A DNA stretch of 64,000 nt, from NCBI GenBank assembly GCA_014905635.1, contig JABVCE010000012.1, positions 186,001 to 250,000 on the forward strand, given 5' to 3'. Positions within the stretch are counted from its first letter, which is position 1; each line of letters starts with the position of its first letter. Below are positions 10,058-23,217 of this stretch, piece after piece. This stretch comes from Scenedesmus sp. PABB004 (Eukaryota). Under the pieces are notes generated by a model. The model was not told the DNA's origin. It saw nothing but the letters and a program-made list of their open reading frames with translations, and made no database searches. The translations under genes and the position numbers were made by a program.

Positions 10058-13000
10058 TCACCCCACTGAGCGGCCGAGCGGGACGTCGGCGTCTGGCGCG
10101 CCGCCGCCGCCGGAGCTCGCGCCCGCGCGCTCGTGGGCGGCCGCGCGGCGCGCGCCCGCGGGCGAGCACACCGCCGCGATCTTGGCGCGGATGCGGTCCT
10201 CGATCCCCGCCGCCGCGCTGCGCGCGGGCGTCGGCGTGAGCGCCAGCGGCGGCGGCACGTCCGCGTCGCTCGCGCGCCGCCGCGCGGCGCCGCCGCTGCG
10301 GGCCGAGCCGCGCCTGCCGCGCTGGTCGGGGCCGCCGCTGAAGCAGGACCGCGGCGTGACAAACGGCCCGCCGCCGGCGCCGGCCTCCTTGGCCACGCCG
10401 GCCGCGGGCGTCGCGGGCGCGCTGTCGGGCCCGCCGCCGCCGGCGGGCGCGTCGGGCGCGCCGGCGTCGTCGCCGTGCGGCGCCGGCGTCGGCGCGGCGG
10501 CGGCGACGCTCGCGGCGCTGCTCTCGGCGCTCAGCGACGCCGCGACGGCGGCGGCCGCGGCCGCGACCGCGGCGGCGGCCTCGACCGGCTCCCGCCAGCT
10601 CGCCATCTCATCCAGCGTGCGGCGCCGCACGGTGGTGATGGCCGACTCCATGTCCTCCTGCGCCGCGGGGCGGGGCGGGACGGCAGCGCTCAGCCGAGCG
10701 GCGCTCACCGCGCCGCGCCGCGTCGCGTCGCGTGTGCGCACGCCGCGCCCCGCGGTCCGGCCACCCGCGCGGCCGCGCCTTGGTCGTGTACACGGTGCCG
10801 CGGTCGGCCAGGCGCCCGCGGCCGCTCAGCGCCATGCTGCGCGCGCTGAGCGGCGAGGAGTACAGCACGCTGCCGGCGAGGCTCGCCGGCTGCAGCGCGG
10901 CCGCCGCGGGCCGCGGGCCGCCGCCCGCGCCCATGCCGGCCAGCGCCCGGTCGGCGGCGCCGGTCGGGTCGGGCGCGCGCGCGGAGAGGTACCTGCCGCG
11001 TGCGCGCGGCCGCGGGCAGCGGGGTCGGGTCGACGCCTGCCGGGCTGGCGGCGCGCCAGCCGCGCCCCGGGGCGGCGCCGCACCGGATGCACTGCTGCAG
11101 GTGGAAGCGCTCGCGCAGCAGCACGGTCGCCTCGTGGCGCAACTCCTCCAGCTCCTGCTTCAGCTTCAGGTGGTACTGGATCTGTGCGCGCAGGGTTGAA
11201 GGGCCGAGCAGGGAGGGACACGGCAGCGGGGGGCAGCGGGGGGGGGGGGGGGGGCAGGTGAGGGCCGGCGGCCGCTGCGCGCCCGCCCCTGCGCGGCCCC
11301 AGGCGGCGGCTGCGGCGGCTCGCCTTCTGGCGCGGGTTGGAGTGGCCCAGCCCGCTCGCGCTCGTGCCGAGCAGCTCCCTGCGGCGGCGGCAGCGGTCCG
11401 TGGCAGTCAGCGCGGCGGCGCGCTCCGGTGCCGCCGCGGCCGGGCCGGCGGCGCGCCCGGGCCCCGGCGGCGCCGCCGTGCGCGGGGCGCACTTGAGGTC
11501 GCCCGCCATCTGGTCCAGCCGCGCGCCCAGCACCGCATTGTCCTCCTGCAGGCGGCCCATCTCCAGCGCGAGCGTCGCGGACCGCCCCGCGCTCGCGCGC
11601 GCCGCGTCGGCGGCGGCCTCGGCCGCCGACGCGCGCGCAAAGGCGGCCTCCAGCTCCTTCTGCAGCCCCGAAACCGCCTGTGGCGGCGGGAGAGGTCGCA
11701 GGGAGGGGCCGCGGGCGGGTTCAGGACGCGCGCTTGTGCGCGCGCGCGACCGCGCCGCGCCGCGCCGCACCTCCTCCACGCCCGCGCTGCCGTGGCTCTG
11801 CGCCGCCGCCTCGGCCCGCGCCTCGGCCGCCGCCTGCTGCGCCGCGGCGAGCTGGAGCCGCAGGTCGCCCGCCTTGTCCAGCGCGGCGTCCAGCTCGACG
11901 CGCAGGCCCGCCGCCGCCGCGAGCTGCCCGGCCTGCGCCTCCAGGCGGCTGGCGTGCTCCGCGAGCTGCTGCGCCTGCGCCTGCGCCTCGGCGGCGCGCG
12001 CTGCGGCCTGCGGGGCGGGCGGGAGCGGCGCGCTCGGCCCCGCGCTCCCCCGCGCGGCGCGGCGCGGCCGGCGGGGGCGCGCCCGCGCCCGCGACGCGCC
12101 TCGTCCTGCAGCTGCGCCAGCTGCGTGCGCAGGCCCTCCTCTGTGCAGGCGGCGCGCTCGGCGCTGGCAGCCGCGCCGTCCTGCGCCGCAGCAAGGAGCT
12201 CGCGGAGCTCGTGCTTCTCACTGCGCAGCGCGCCCAACAGCGCCTGCGCGCGGCCGCGGCGGGGCACAAAAAGCCGGCGGCTGGGTCGGCGCCGGCAGCG
12301 GGCCCCCGCGCGCGGCGAGCGGCGGCGCGGCGGCGCGCGCCCACCTGCGCCTCCTGCAGCTCCGTCGCGGCGCACGCCAGCTCGGCGGTGCGCGCCGCGA
12401 GCTGTGCGCCCGCGGCGCTGAGCTCGTCGCGCGTGGACGCCAGCTCCCTGGCCTGCGCGCCGCTGTCGGCGCCGAGCGCCTCGTGATCCTGCAGCAGCTC
12501 GGTGTGCGCGGCGCGCACGTCGGCCAGCGCGGCGCGTGTGTCGGCCAGCTGCGCGCCCGCCTCGTCCAGTGCGTCCTGCAGCGCCGCACGCTCCGCGACC
12601 GCGTCCGCGAGCCGCGCGTCGACAGCCTGGAGCTGGCCCTGCACGACAGTCAGCGCGCCCGTCGCGGCGCCGATGCTGCCCTGCAGGCTCGCCGCCTGCT
12701 CCTGCAGCTCCGCCTCCACGCCCTCCAGGCGCTGACGCTCGCGCGTCTGCTCCGCCAGCGCCGCCTCGCTGCGCTCCAGCTCGGACGCCGTGTCGGCCAG
12801 CTGCGCGCGCGTCGCGTCCCAGCCCGCCTGCAGGCTCGCCGCCTGCTCCCGCAGCTCCGCCTCCACGCCCTCCAGGCGCTGGCGCTCGCGCGTCTGCTCC
12901 GCCAGCGCCGCCTCGCTGCGCTCCAGCTGGGACGCCGTGTCGGCCAGCTGCGCGCGCGTCGCGTCCCAGCCCGCCTGCAGGCTCGCCGCCTGCTCCTGCA

Positions 13001-15357
13001 GCTGCGCGCCGCCCTCGCGCGCCGCCTCCAGCGCGGCGCCGGTTGCCGCGTGGTGTGCCTGTTCGTCTGCCAGCTCGGCGTCGCGCTGCCGCAGCTGGTC
13101 CGCCGTCGCGGCCAGCTGCGCGCGCGCCTCCTGGTGGCGGCCGGACTCGGCGCGCAGCAGCTGCTGGGCCTCCGCCAGCCCCGCCGCCGCGGCCGCGTGG
13201 GCCGCCGCCTCGGCGGCCAGCTGCTGCTCCACGCGCGCCCCGTTGGCACGCGCGGCCTCGAGCGCCGCGCCCAGCTCCTCGGCCTGTGCCTGCAGCGCCG
13301 CGCCGTGCTGCCGCGCCGCCTCGAGCTGCGCCGCCAGGGCCTCGCCCTCGGCGGCCGCCTCCGTGGCGGCCTCGGCCAAGCCGGCTGTCGCCGCGGCCAG
13401 CTGCGCGCGCGTCGCAGCGTGCGCGGCCGCCTCGTCGTCCAGCTGCGCCTCCAGGTCGGCGATGCTGGCCGCCGACGACTCCAACTGCTGCCCCGCAGCC
13501 TCCAGCTCCGCCGCCGTCAGCGCGTGCGAGCCCTGCTCCGCCGCGAGCTGCTCCGCCGTGGCGGTGTGCGCGGCACGCGCCTCGGCCAGCGCGGCCCGCT
13601 CCTCTGCGAGCCGCGCCGCCGTCGCGGCGGCCTGCTCCTTGGTCGCGGCGTGGCCGCTGACCTCGCTCGCCAGCTGCTGCTCGCTGGCCGCCAGCCTGGC
13701 CGCGAGCTCGGCGCCCGCCGCCGCCTGCGCCTCCAGCGCCGCGCGGGTCTCGGCGTGGCCCGCCCGCTCGCCCTCGAGCGCCGCCGCCGCCGCCTGCAGC
13801 GCGGCCCGCGCCTCGCCGTGCGTGCCGCGCTCGGCCGCCAGCGCCTCGCGCGCGGCCGCGCCCTCGCTCGCAGACGCGCCGAGCTGCTCGCGCTGCTGCT
13901 CCAGCAGGGCGGTCGTGTCGGCGAGCTCCCGCTGCATGCCGGCGAGCTGCTGCTGCGCCTCTGCCAGGGCCGCGCCGGCGTTGGCCAGCGCCGCGTCGGC
14001 CTGTTCGCGCGCGGCGCGCTCGGCCGCGAGCGCCTGCGCCGCGTCCTCCTGCTCCTGCTCCAGGCGGACCTGCAGCGCCTCCAGCTCCTGCGCGCCGCCG
14101 CGGGCGGGCGTGGCAGGTGCTGAGTGAGAGCGCGCAGGCGGCCGTGCGAGCGCGCGCGGAGGCGGAGCGGACCGCGTGAGCGCAGCGCGCCGGCAAGCCG
14201 CCGCACCCGCTCGGCCGCCTCGTGCGCCGCCTCGTGCGCCGCGCCCTGCTCGCGCAGCAGCTGCCGGGCGTCGCCGAGCTCGCGCTCGCGCGCCGCCAGG
14301 CTGTCGGACAGCTCCTGCAGCTGCGCGCCGCTCTGGACCATGCTCGCCGCCGCCGCGTCTGCATGCGCGCAGCGGCGGCGGCGGCGCGGGCGCGCTCAGC
14401 GCTCAGCACTCGGCGCCCGCGCAGCGCGCGCGGCGCCGGGCCGCCGGCCGCCGTCCCTGCGCGCGCGCGCGCGCGCACCGAGGTCGTCCTGCAGCTGCGC
14501 CTTGGCGCCCTCCAGGTCCTGCACCTCAGCCTCCAGCTTGGCCGCCTGCCGGCGGGCGGGCAAGCGCGCGCGTGCGGGCTGTGAGCAGCGCCCCCAGCCG
14601 CGGGCCGCTGCCGCCGCCGTCCGAGGCGGGCGGGCGGGGCCGGCGCGGCCGCGCGCCGCACCCGCTGCTGGTCCTGGTCGCGCGCCGCCGCCAGCTCCTG
14701 CATGCGCGCCTCCGCCTCGTGCACAGCCGCCTGCGCAGCGCGCGGCGGCGCGTGGGCCGCGTGCGCCCGCGCGCCCCCGGCGCCCCCCGTGCCCCGCGCC
14801 GCCGCACCGCCTGCGCCTCGTGCGTCTGCGCCTGCAGCCTCAGCTGCGCGTCCAGCTCCTTGGCGCGCTTCGCCGTCCTGTCCAGCTCATGCTGCAGCTC
14901 GGTGATGCGCTGCGTGGCCCAGCTGAACTTGCGCTCCGTGCCCGCGACCGCGGCGGCGGGCTTGCGCTGCCGCGGCGGCGAGATCTCGCGCGAGCTGGTG
15001 AGGTCATCTGCGCGCGGGCGCCGCACGCGGCGCGGCGCGGCGCGGCAGCGTCGGCGGCGGCGCGCGGTGTGGCGCCGACACTGCGCACGGCGGCGCGCAC
15101 CTGCGGACGCCTCCAGCGACCGGAAGCGCGCGTCGCCCGCAAACGCCGACTTGGGCTCGGCCTTCCAGCCCTCCACCAGCCGCGGGTCGTAGGCGCTGCG
15201 GCGGGCGGGCGGCCGCGGCGGATGCGGTGGGGCGGCCGGGCCGACAGCGGCGCGCACGGCCCGCCTCCGGCGGCGCTGGCGGCGCTGCGCACCCCGGCCC
15301 GGGGAGGGTGTCCTTGGCGGCCCTGAAGCGCGGCCCGGTCTTGCCCCAGTCCGCCAT
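10058..15357 (-). CDS. HMMR/RHAMM-like long coiled-coil protein (multi-exon)
   Basis: N-term MADWGKTGPRFRAAKDTLPGPG/AYDP (RF...PGPGAYD motif), a long A/E/Q/L heptad region, and C-term LGHSNPRQK/IQYHLKLKQELEELR matching the HMMR/KIF15 C-terminal motif. Confidence 0.75.
12681..13000. repeat. 147-bp (49-aa, 7-heptad) coding tandem repeat, ~2.2 copies
   Basis: ctgcaggctcgccgcctgctcc recurs at 12681, 12828 and 12975. Confidence 0.9.
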
Positions 15358-15802
15358 GGCGCCTCGGGTTGTTGGGCGCGCGGCGCCCCAAACCGGCCCT
15401 GCCTGGCGAGCGCCTCCGGCAATGCGCGGGCGCCAGGGCACCTGTATGGGACGGTGGTATCGACGCCGGCGCGTGCCGCTGCGCCGGCGCACGCAGGGGC
15501 CGGCTGGCGCGTGGGATGGCGCCGCGCCGTCGCGCGGGAGGGAGGCGGCCACGTGCCGGCGCTGCGCGGCCGCGGCCGCACTTCCAAACTGCTCGCAGAA
15601 CTGGTGCGGGGCCCGGGTGGCCGTGTCGCGGCCGCCAGCCTGCGGAAGACAGCCGGACGCAAGCAGCGCTCAAACGCGCAGCGACTGGATTTGCGCGGAG
15701 CTGGCGGCTATGGACGGTCGCATGTCGGCAGGTCCGGAAGCACTGCTGGCGTTGCGGCGCGCGTGACCGCGGCGGCGGGCGGCGCGCCAAGCGTTGCAAC
15801 GC

Positions 15803-16767
15803 TCACTCCGGCTGCGCCCGGATCCACGCGACCACGGCCTCGTGGCCCTCGCCTGCCAAGAGCCGGCACCAGTCACGCCGCCACGGGCAGCCGTTGGCGC
15901 GCAGCCAGCGCAGCGTGTCCAGCTGCCCGTGCGCAACGGCCGCCTCGCACGTCTCCTCGTCCCACGGCGCGGGCTCGGCCTGGGGGCGCGCCCAGCGCAG
16001 CATGTTGAGGTCGCCGCGACGTGCAGCGTAGTAGCACACCCCACACCATGAGCCGCCCCACGGCAGCGGCGGCGTCTGCGCGCGCGCCCAGCGCAGCACC
16101 GCCATCTGCCCGCCCTTGGCTGCTGCAACGCACACCACCTCCAGGTCCAGCCCCTGGTCGCGTGCCCACTCCAGCACGGCGAGGTGGCCGTGCTCCGCTG
16201 CTGCCCAGGCCACGCCGCCCATGTCGCAGCTGCGCCGCCAGCGGCGGCGCGCAGCCAGGCCAGGCCCGCCACGTCGCCGCACGCCGCGCGCGCCTCGGCC
16301 AGCTGCCGCTGCCGCTCCCCATCACCCTGCACCGCCCGCCACGCCTCCTGCACCGCCGCCAGCGGCAGTTCGGGGCAGGTCAGAGAGATGGGGCCGCGGA
16401 AGCGCTCGCGCGCCGCCTTGCAGACCAGCTTGGCGGTCCACGCCCGCAGGGCCGGCGGCAGGAAGCTCAGGACGTGGAGCACGAGGGCCTCGGGCAGCTC
16501 CGGCAGCGGGCTGCGGGCGGCGGCGTGGGCAGGGCGGCCGGGGTGTGAGGGGCGGCGGTGAGGCGGCGCGCAGCGCCTGCTGCAGCTGGCTGAGGCCCAG
16601 TGCTCAGCGCCCGCTTGGCCAGCAGCACCAGTCAGGCGGCGCCAGCAGCAGCAGCGCGCCCACCTCGGCGCCGCCTCGCCGCCGCCGGGCGCCTCGCCCG
16701 CCGCTGCTGCAGTCGCCACTGCGCTCATGGTCGGCCTGGCGGGCCGCTTGTCCTCTGGCGACGACAT
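15803..16767 (-). pseudogene. F-box/ankyrin-like cassette gene, copy 3 (frameshifted)
   Basis: MSSPEDKRPARPT..., F-box-like LPELPEALVLHVLSFL. A small insertion near 16230-16245 shifts the frame before CDMGGVAW. The C-terminal repeats are in ORF 15803..16282. Confidence 0.8.
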
Positions 16768-17345
16768 GGCGCCGGCTGGGGGTGTGCAGACCAGCAGGGA
16801 GCAGCAGGCGGCGCCGGCAGCGGGCACGAGCGCGCGGGCGGCGTGAGCGCAGCAGCAGCAGCGCACGGCGCCCGGCCCCGCCCCGGCGCGGCGGCACGGC
16901 GGCGGGCCTGACAGCGGCGCCCGGGGCGCGCAGGACCGGCGGAGCACGCCACACGCCCGCCACCCGCGCACCGCCGCCGCCCGCAGCGGGCGCCGCGCAG
17001 CGCGGCCCGCCCGCCGCTGCCCTCCCCGCCTGCCCGCGCACCCGGCTCGCCTGGCGCTGCGCTGGGCGGGTCAGCCCGGCCTTCAGGCACCCGCAGGTCC
17101 ACGCCCCGCCTGGCCAGGGGCGCGCCGCGGGCGGGGGCGGGCGCTGGGCGGCGGCAGCGCGCGTGCGTGCTCGAGCTGTGGGCCGCGGCCGGCTCTCGTG
17201 CGTGTGCGTGTGTGGCAGGGAGGCGCTGAGGGCGGCGGCTGTGGGCAGCGGGCCGGCGCGTGGGGGTCCTCCTGCTCGGTGGCGGCGCGGGCAGCCGGCC
17301 GGGCAGCGCCTGCGCCCTGGGCCCTGCACCGCCGCTGCCGGGCGG
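16768..17345 (-). repeat. Conserved upstream region of cassette copy 3
   Basis: Same ordered motifs; anchor at ~17313-17331. Confidence 0.85.
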
Positions 17346-17574
17346 GCGCGGGCTGCAGCGCGGCGGCGCCGCTGGCGGGGGCGCCCTGACCGTGGTCAGC
17401 TGTCGGCCGAGCGCGGGTGACCACTCGAGCTGCGCGCGCGCCCTCGAACCGGTGCGCGCAGTGCGCGCAGTGCGGTCAGCCGGTCGCCGGCCGCGGGTGT
17501 GCAACGTGCGCCCCCGCCACGCACGCCGCCGTGCGCAGCCGGCCGCAGTCAAGGGGCGCCTCATCATATTCGTT

Positions 17575-18597
17575 TCACTCCCAGCCCCCCTCCTCATCCT
17601 TTTCCTCCTCCTCGGGGCCGTCGTCCGCCGCCACGGGCTGCGCCCGGATCCACGCGACCACGGCCTCGTGGCCGTTGTCTGCCGCCACGCGCTCGCACTT
17701 GACGCGCGCCCACGGGCAGCCGTTGGCGCGCAGCCAGCGCAGCGCCTCCAGCTGCCCGCACTGAGCCGCCGCCCAGCAGGTGTCTTCGTCCCACGGCGCC
17801 GGCTCGGCCTCGGCACGCGCCCAGCGCAGCATCTCCAGGTCGCCGCGCTGCGCAGCCTGCCAGCACACACTGCCTCCCCACCGCAGCGGCGGCGCCTGCG
17901 CGCGCGCCCAGCGCAGCGCCGGCAGCTGCCCGCCGTCGGCTGCGCCGCCGCACACGCCCCACAGGTCCAGCCCCTGGTCGCGCGCCCACTCCAGCACGGC
18001 GAGCTGGCCGTGCGCCGCTGCTGTCCGGCACACGCCGTCCACCTCGAACACGCGGCCCATGTCGCAGCCAGCAGTGCGCAGCCAGGCCAGCCCCGCCACG
18101 TCGCCGCACGCGCGCGTGCCTTGGCGAGCTTGCACAGCTGCTTCAACCCATCACCCTGCACCGCCTGCCACGCCTCCTGCACCGCCGCCAGCGGCAGCTC
18201 GGGGCAACGCAGCGAGACGACCGTGGCGCCCCGGAAGCGCTCGCGCGCCGCCTTGCAGACCAGCCTGGCGGTCCACGCTTGCAGGGCCGGCGGCAGGAAG
18301 CTCAGGGCGTGTAGCACGAGCGGCTCGGGCAGCTCCGGCAGCGGGCTGCGGGCGGTGCTGGCGGGGCGAGCGGGTGCGGGGCGGCGGTGAGGCGGCGCGC
18401 GGCGCCTGCTGCAGCTGGCTGAGGCTCAGCGCTCAGCGCCCGCCTGGCCAGCAGCACCAGCAGCAGCCGCACGCCCACCTCGGCGTTGCCTCCGCGCTGC
18501 CGGGCGCCTCGCCTGCGGCGGCGGGCACCGCTGCCGCAGCCGCCCGCGCGCGCGTGGTCGGCCCGGCGCGCCGCTTGCCCGCCGGCGCAGCAGACAT
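17575..18597 (-). pseudogene. F-box/ankyrin-like cassette gene, copy 4 (apparent 1-nt frameshift)
   Basis: Frame changes at ~18110 (KLAKAR/ACGDVAG, one base short of consensus). Otherwise complete, with acidic tail EEEEKDEEGGWE. Confidence 0.75.
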
Positions 18598-19230
18598 GGC
18601 GGGTGCTGGGGGCCTGCGGGCCAGCAGGGAGCAGCAGGCAGGGCGCCGGCAGCGGGCGTGAGCGCGGGGGCGGCGTGAGCGCAGCAGCAGCAGCGCGCGG
18701 CGCCCGCCCCCGCCCCGGCGCGGCGGCACGGCGGCGGGCCTGACAGCGGCGCCCGGGGCGCGCAGGCCCGGCGGAGCACGGCACACGCCCGCCACCCGCG
18801 CACCGCCGCCGCCCGCAGCGGGCGCCGCGCAGCGCGGCCCGCCCGCCGCTGCTGCCCCCCCGCCCGCCCGCGCGCGCGGCTCGCCTGGCGCTGCGCTGGG
18901 CGGGTCAGCCCGGCCTTCAGGCACCCGCAGGTCCACGCCCCGCCTGGCCAGAGGCGCGGGCGGCGGCAGGCGCTGGGCGGAGGCGGCGCGGTGCGTGCGG
19001 ACCTGTGGGCCGCGGCCGGCGCTTAGTGTGCGTGCGTGTGTGGCAGGGAGGCGCTGAGGGCGGCGGCGGCTGTGGGCGGCGGGGCGGCGCGCGCGGGGGC
19101 CTCCTCGGCGGCGGCGCGGGCAGCCGGCGGCGCCTGCGCCCTGGGCCCTGCACCGCTGCTCGGGCGCGGCGCGGCACGCAGAGGGAGTGCGCGCGGCCCG
19201 CCCAGGCGCGCTGGTCAGCCGGTTGCACGC
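18598..19230 (-). repeat. Conserved upstream region of cassette copy 4
   Basis: Anchor at ~19138-19155; gccggttgc motif at ~19218. Confidence 0.85.
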
Positions 19231-19260
19231 GCAGTCGAACGCACACGCGGTGGAGCTTCG

Positions 19261-21547
19261 TCAGCCCGCCTGCTCCAGCAGCAGCTGCCGGTAGGCCGCC
19301 TGCAGCGCCGCGGCCTGGCCCAGCAGCAGCTCCTGCGGCGCGCGGCACAGGAACGCAGAGCCGCCGCGCTGCCCCGCGGCGGCCGCAAAGCCCGCCGGCA
19401 GCCTGCGCGGTGCGGTGCGGCCCGCGGCGGCGGCGGCAGTGGCGGCCGGGCGTGTTGGCTCGGGCCGCGGGCCAGCTTGGTTCGGCCAGGGCCGCGCCCG
19501 GCCCGGGCGCACCTGCTGAGCAGCTGATGCTCGTGGTGCGCCGCCGCCAGGTGCTGATAGTCGGCCAGCATCAGCGCCAGCTGCGTGGCACGGCGTGCGT
19601 GCGCGCGGCGCGCGTGCGGCGTGCGCGCGGCGCGCGTGCGTGCAGCCTGGCCGCCGGCCCTGCCGGCGCCCCCGCCGCGCGCGCGGGCGGGCCCGCCCCC
19701 CGCCGCGCACCTGCGCGAGCTGCAGCTGCGCCGCGGCCGCAGACATGAGGTGCTGCCGCGCCGCCGACACGAGGACGTCGTGGGGGAGGCCGCCGCCGCC
19801 GCCGCCGCCCGGGCCGCCCGGCGCCGCGCCCAGCAGCGCGCGCCCGAGCGACGCAAGCTCCTCCACCACGGCGCCGGGGGGCGTGAACGGCCCGCCGGGC
19901 CCCGTGCCGGGCGCGCCCGGCGGCGGCGCAGGCCCGCCCGGCGCGAGGCCATCGCCGCGCGCAGCGCCGCCAGCCCCGGCGGCTGCTCCGCCGCCGCCGC
20001 GGCCGCGGCGTCCGCGCTGCTCGTGCTGCTCCCAGGGCGGCTGGCGCCCGTGGCCGGCATGAGCCCCGGCGCCACGCGCGACAGCGCCGCCGGCAGCGCG
20101 CCCGCCAGCGACCTGCGCGCGCCGCAGCGGCGGCGGCGGTGGCGGCGGCGTGAGGCCGCGCGCGGGTCAGCGGCGGGCGCGGGCCCGCGCCGCGCCCGCC
20201 TGCGCGGCCGCCAAACACGCGCGCGCGCGCGCGCACGCACCCGCCGAGCTTGGTGAGCGCGTCGGCAGAATAGGCCGCCGGACTCCGCACCAGCCGCGCG
20301 AACTGCTCCGACCCCGCGCCCACCAGCGCCGCCAGCGGCTGGCCGCCGCCGCCGCTGCCGCCGGGCGCGGCGCCGGGCGCGGTCAGCGGCGCCGCCGCCG
20401 GCGCCGCCGGGCGCGGGGGCGCGTGCTGGCCCGCCGCGCCGCCGCCGCCGGGCGGGCGCGGGCTGGGCGGCGGCTGCGGCGCGGCGCTGGCGGGCGCGTC
20501 GGCGGAGCCGACGCTGCCCGCGGCGCTGGGCGTGCGCTGCAGTTGCGCCTGCGGCGCGTCGCGCGGTCGCATGGGCCCCAGCAGCGACTGCAGCAGCGAC
20601 TGCTGCGAGCCCGCCCTGTGTGTGTGTCGGGGGGGGGGGGGCAGTGAGGCGGCGGGGGCGCGTCGGGGCCGCGCCGGCGCGCGCGCGAGGCGGCGAGCGC
20701 CGGCCGCCCCAGCCAGCCCGGGCTCACCTGGCCGGCGGGTGCGGCGCCGGCGCCGGCTGCGCGGCCCCGCCGGGGGCCGCCGCGGCGCCGCCCGCGCCAG
20801 ACGTGCTCGGCAGCACTGGGAGCTCGCCGGACTGCGGTGCGGCGGCGGCGGCGGCGGCGGCGGCGGCCGCGAGCGGCGCAGGCAGGGGGCGTGGGTGGGT
20901 GGGGGGGCGGGAGAGGGGCGGGGGGGGGGGGGGGGGGGGGGTAGTGGAAGACGAAAAGTCATGCTGACGTGGCATAAACGTTATGCCACCTCAGATGCAG
21001 AAGTAACGCTGTCGTGCGCGCACACCCAAACAGCCGCCCCCGCGTCCGCGCGCGGTATACTTTCCACAATTTATCAAGAGCGGGTGAAAGACCCCGCCGG
21101 CGCTCGACGCCGTGCACACCAAACCAACGTCGGCCCGCGCGGCCGCCAAAACTGCGCCGCCGCCCCGCGCGCGCGTCGCCGCTGCTGCGCGCGCACCGCG
21201 TCGAGCCACCAGAGCTCCCGCACGATGCCCTCCCTGTGCCGGCCGCCGAGCAGCAGCAGCCGGCCGTCCAGCAGCGCCGTCAGGCTGCCACACATCGCCT
21301 CGGCCGGCCACGCGCTGCCCTCTCCCTGCGGCACCTGCACCCAACTGAGCGCGCGCGCGCGCGCGCGGCGCGCCCGATGAGCACTTTCGCGCGGGCCGCC
21401 GCCGCCGCGCGGCGCCCCGTCAGGCGAGCGCGCCGCGCTCACGCGAGGGCCTGCAGGTCGAGCACCCACAGCTCCTTGCTCTGCACGTAGTGGCGGTTGA
21501 TCGACAGGAAGCTGCTGAGGTCGAGGCAGCCGCCAAAGACCACCAGC

Positions 21548-21604
<57 letters not shown>

Positions 21605-23217
21605 GCCTGCTGCGCAGCTTGCGTGGCGCCGGGCTCGGCGTCGGCCTCCGTCGCAGGGGGCTCGCCGCCGTCGCTGCTGCTGGCGCTGCCGGTGCTGCCA
21701 GGCGCCGGCGGCGGCGGGCGGGCGCCGCCGTCGCCGCCCGGCGCCGGCGCGGGCGGCGGCACTGCGCGGCGGCGCGGCGCGGGCGCGGCGTCGGCACGGC
21801 ATCAAGGGGGGGGGGGGGCGCGCGAAGCGCGTGGGGGCGCGGAGCGCGGCCTGTGCCCCAGCGCGCTCCCGGGCGCACCCGCGGCCATGACGTGCCCAAA
21901 GCGCGGCGGCGGCGACGCGCGCAGCTTGACCTGCGTCCAGCGCGGCGCCTCGCCCGCGCCCCAGCCGCGCAGCAGCCAGAGGTCGTCCAGGGGGCCGCTG
22001 TCGCGCTCGCCGCCAAACAACGCGACCTGGCCGCCGAGCTGCGGGCAGCGCGCGGGCGTCGGCGGCGGCGGCGGCGGCGCGAGCTCCGCCACGCCGCCGC
22101 CGCGCCGCCACGTGCCGTTCCCCACACATGAGCCCGCGAGCGCACAGCCAGCCACGCACCTGAGCCATGGCATGCATCTTGCGCGGCGGCGGCAGCGCGC
22201 CCTCGCACCGGAGCTGCCGCCACGCGCGCCTGGCCGCCCGGCGGCGGCGGCGCGGTGTGTGGTGAGGGCGGCGCGCTGCGGCACCCGCCCGCGCCGCGCG
22301 CGTTCGCAAGGGGACACCCCGCGCACGCGCGCGCGCGCAGCGCGCGCACCTGTCCAGGTCCAGCGCCCAGGTGTCCTGCAGCCCGCGGCCCGCCTCGCTG
22401 CGCCCGCCAAAGACCAGCAGCGTGCGGCCCGCCGCGGGGCCGTCGCCGCCGCCGCAAGCCGCCAGGCCCGGCCCGTCCAGCAGCAGCAGCGCGCTCATGT
22501 CGCGCGGCGGCGGCGCCGGCCCGGCCGCGGGGTCGACCGGCAGCGCGCTCCAGCGCCAGTCGTCCTGCGGCCGCAGACGCGCGCGGCGCGCGCGCGGTGC
22601 GACTGAGCGCGCCGCGGCGCCGCGCGCCCGCGCCCCACGCCGCGGCGCCGGGGTCCCGCCCGCCGCGCGGCACGCCGCTGCCGCCGCCGCCGCTGCCCTC
22701 TCCCCCCCCCCCCCCCAGTGGCGCCGCCCACCGTGTCGAGCTGCCACACGTCGTTGAAGAAGCAGCGGCGCTTGCGCCCCGGCGCAGCGCCCTGCGCCGC
22801 GTCGGGGCCGCCGCCGCCGCCGCTCGCGAGGATGTGGCCGCCAAACACGAGCACCCGGCGCCCGAGCGCGGCGGACGCGTGGAACGCGCGCGCCCGGGCG
22901 CGGCGCCGGGCGCGACGTCGGGCGCGAACCACGTGCCGCTGTCGACCTGCGCCCGCCGCACGGCGAGAGCGCGCGTCTGCAGGGGGGCTTGGGGCCGTCG
23001 GCGCGCGGCGCGCGGCCGCCGCGCATGCTCGCTGCCCGGCCGGCCGCACCTGCAGCGCAAGCACATCGCCGAGCGCCGTCTGCGCGGCGCCGACGCCGCC
23101 AAACACGACGACCAGGTCGGAGCCGTCGCCGCCGGGCACCGCCACGGCGCTGTGGCCGAACCGGGGCAGCGCCAGCGCATCGCTGGCGAGGCTGGTGAAG
23201 CAGGGGCTCCAAGCCAT
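19261..23217 (-). CDS. Kelch-repeat protein (multi-exon, polyQ); one apparent 1-nt frameshift in exon 2
   Basis: Kelch blades PRFGHSAV..VFGG, RAFHASA..VFGG..FNDVW, PRDMS..VFGG, PRKMHAM..LFGG..LDDLW, PRFGH..VFGG, LLGG. One C is missing at ~22892 relative to the duplicate at ~32970. Confidence 0.8.
20964..20994. other. Short AT-richer hairpin in a kelch-gene intron
   Basis: ctgacgtggcataa-acg-ttatgccacctcag, 14-bp arms with 1 mismatch. Confidence 0.7.
21548..21602. repeat. (CTG)n microsatellite encoding polyQ
   Basis: ~18 uninterrupted CTG units inside a kelch exon. Confidence 0.9.
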
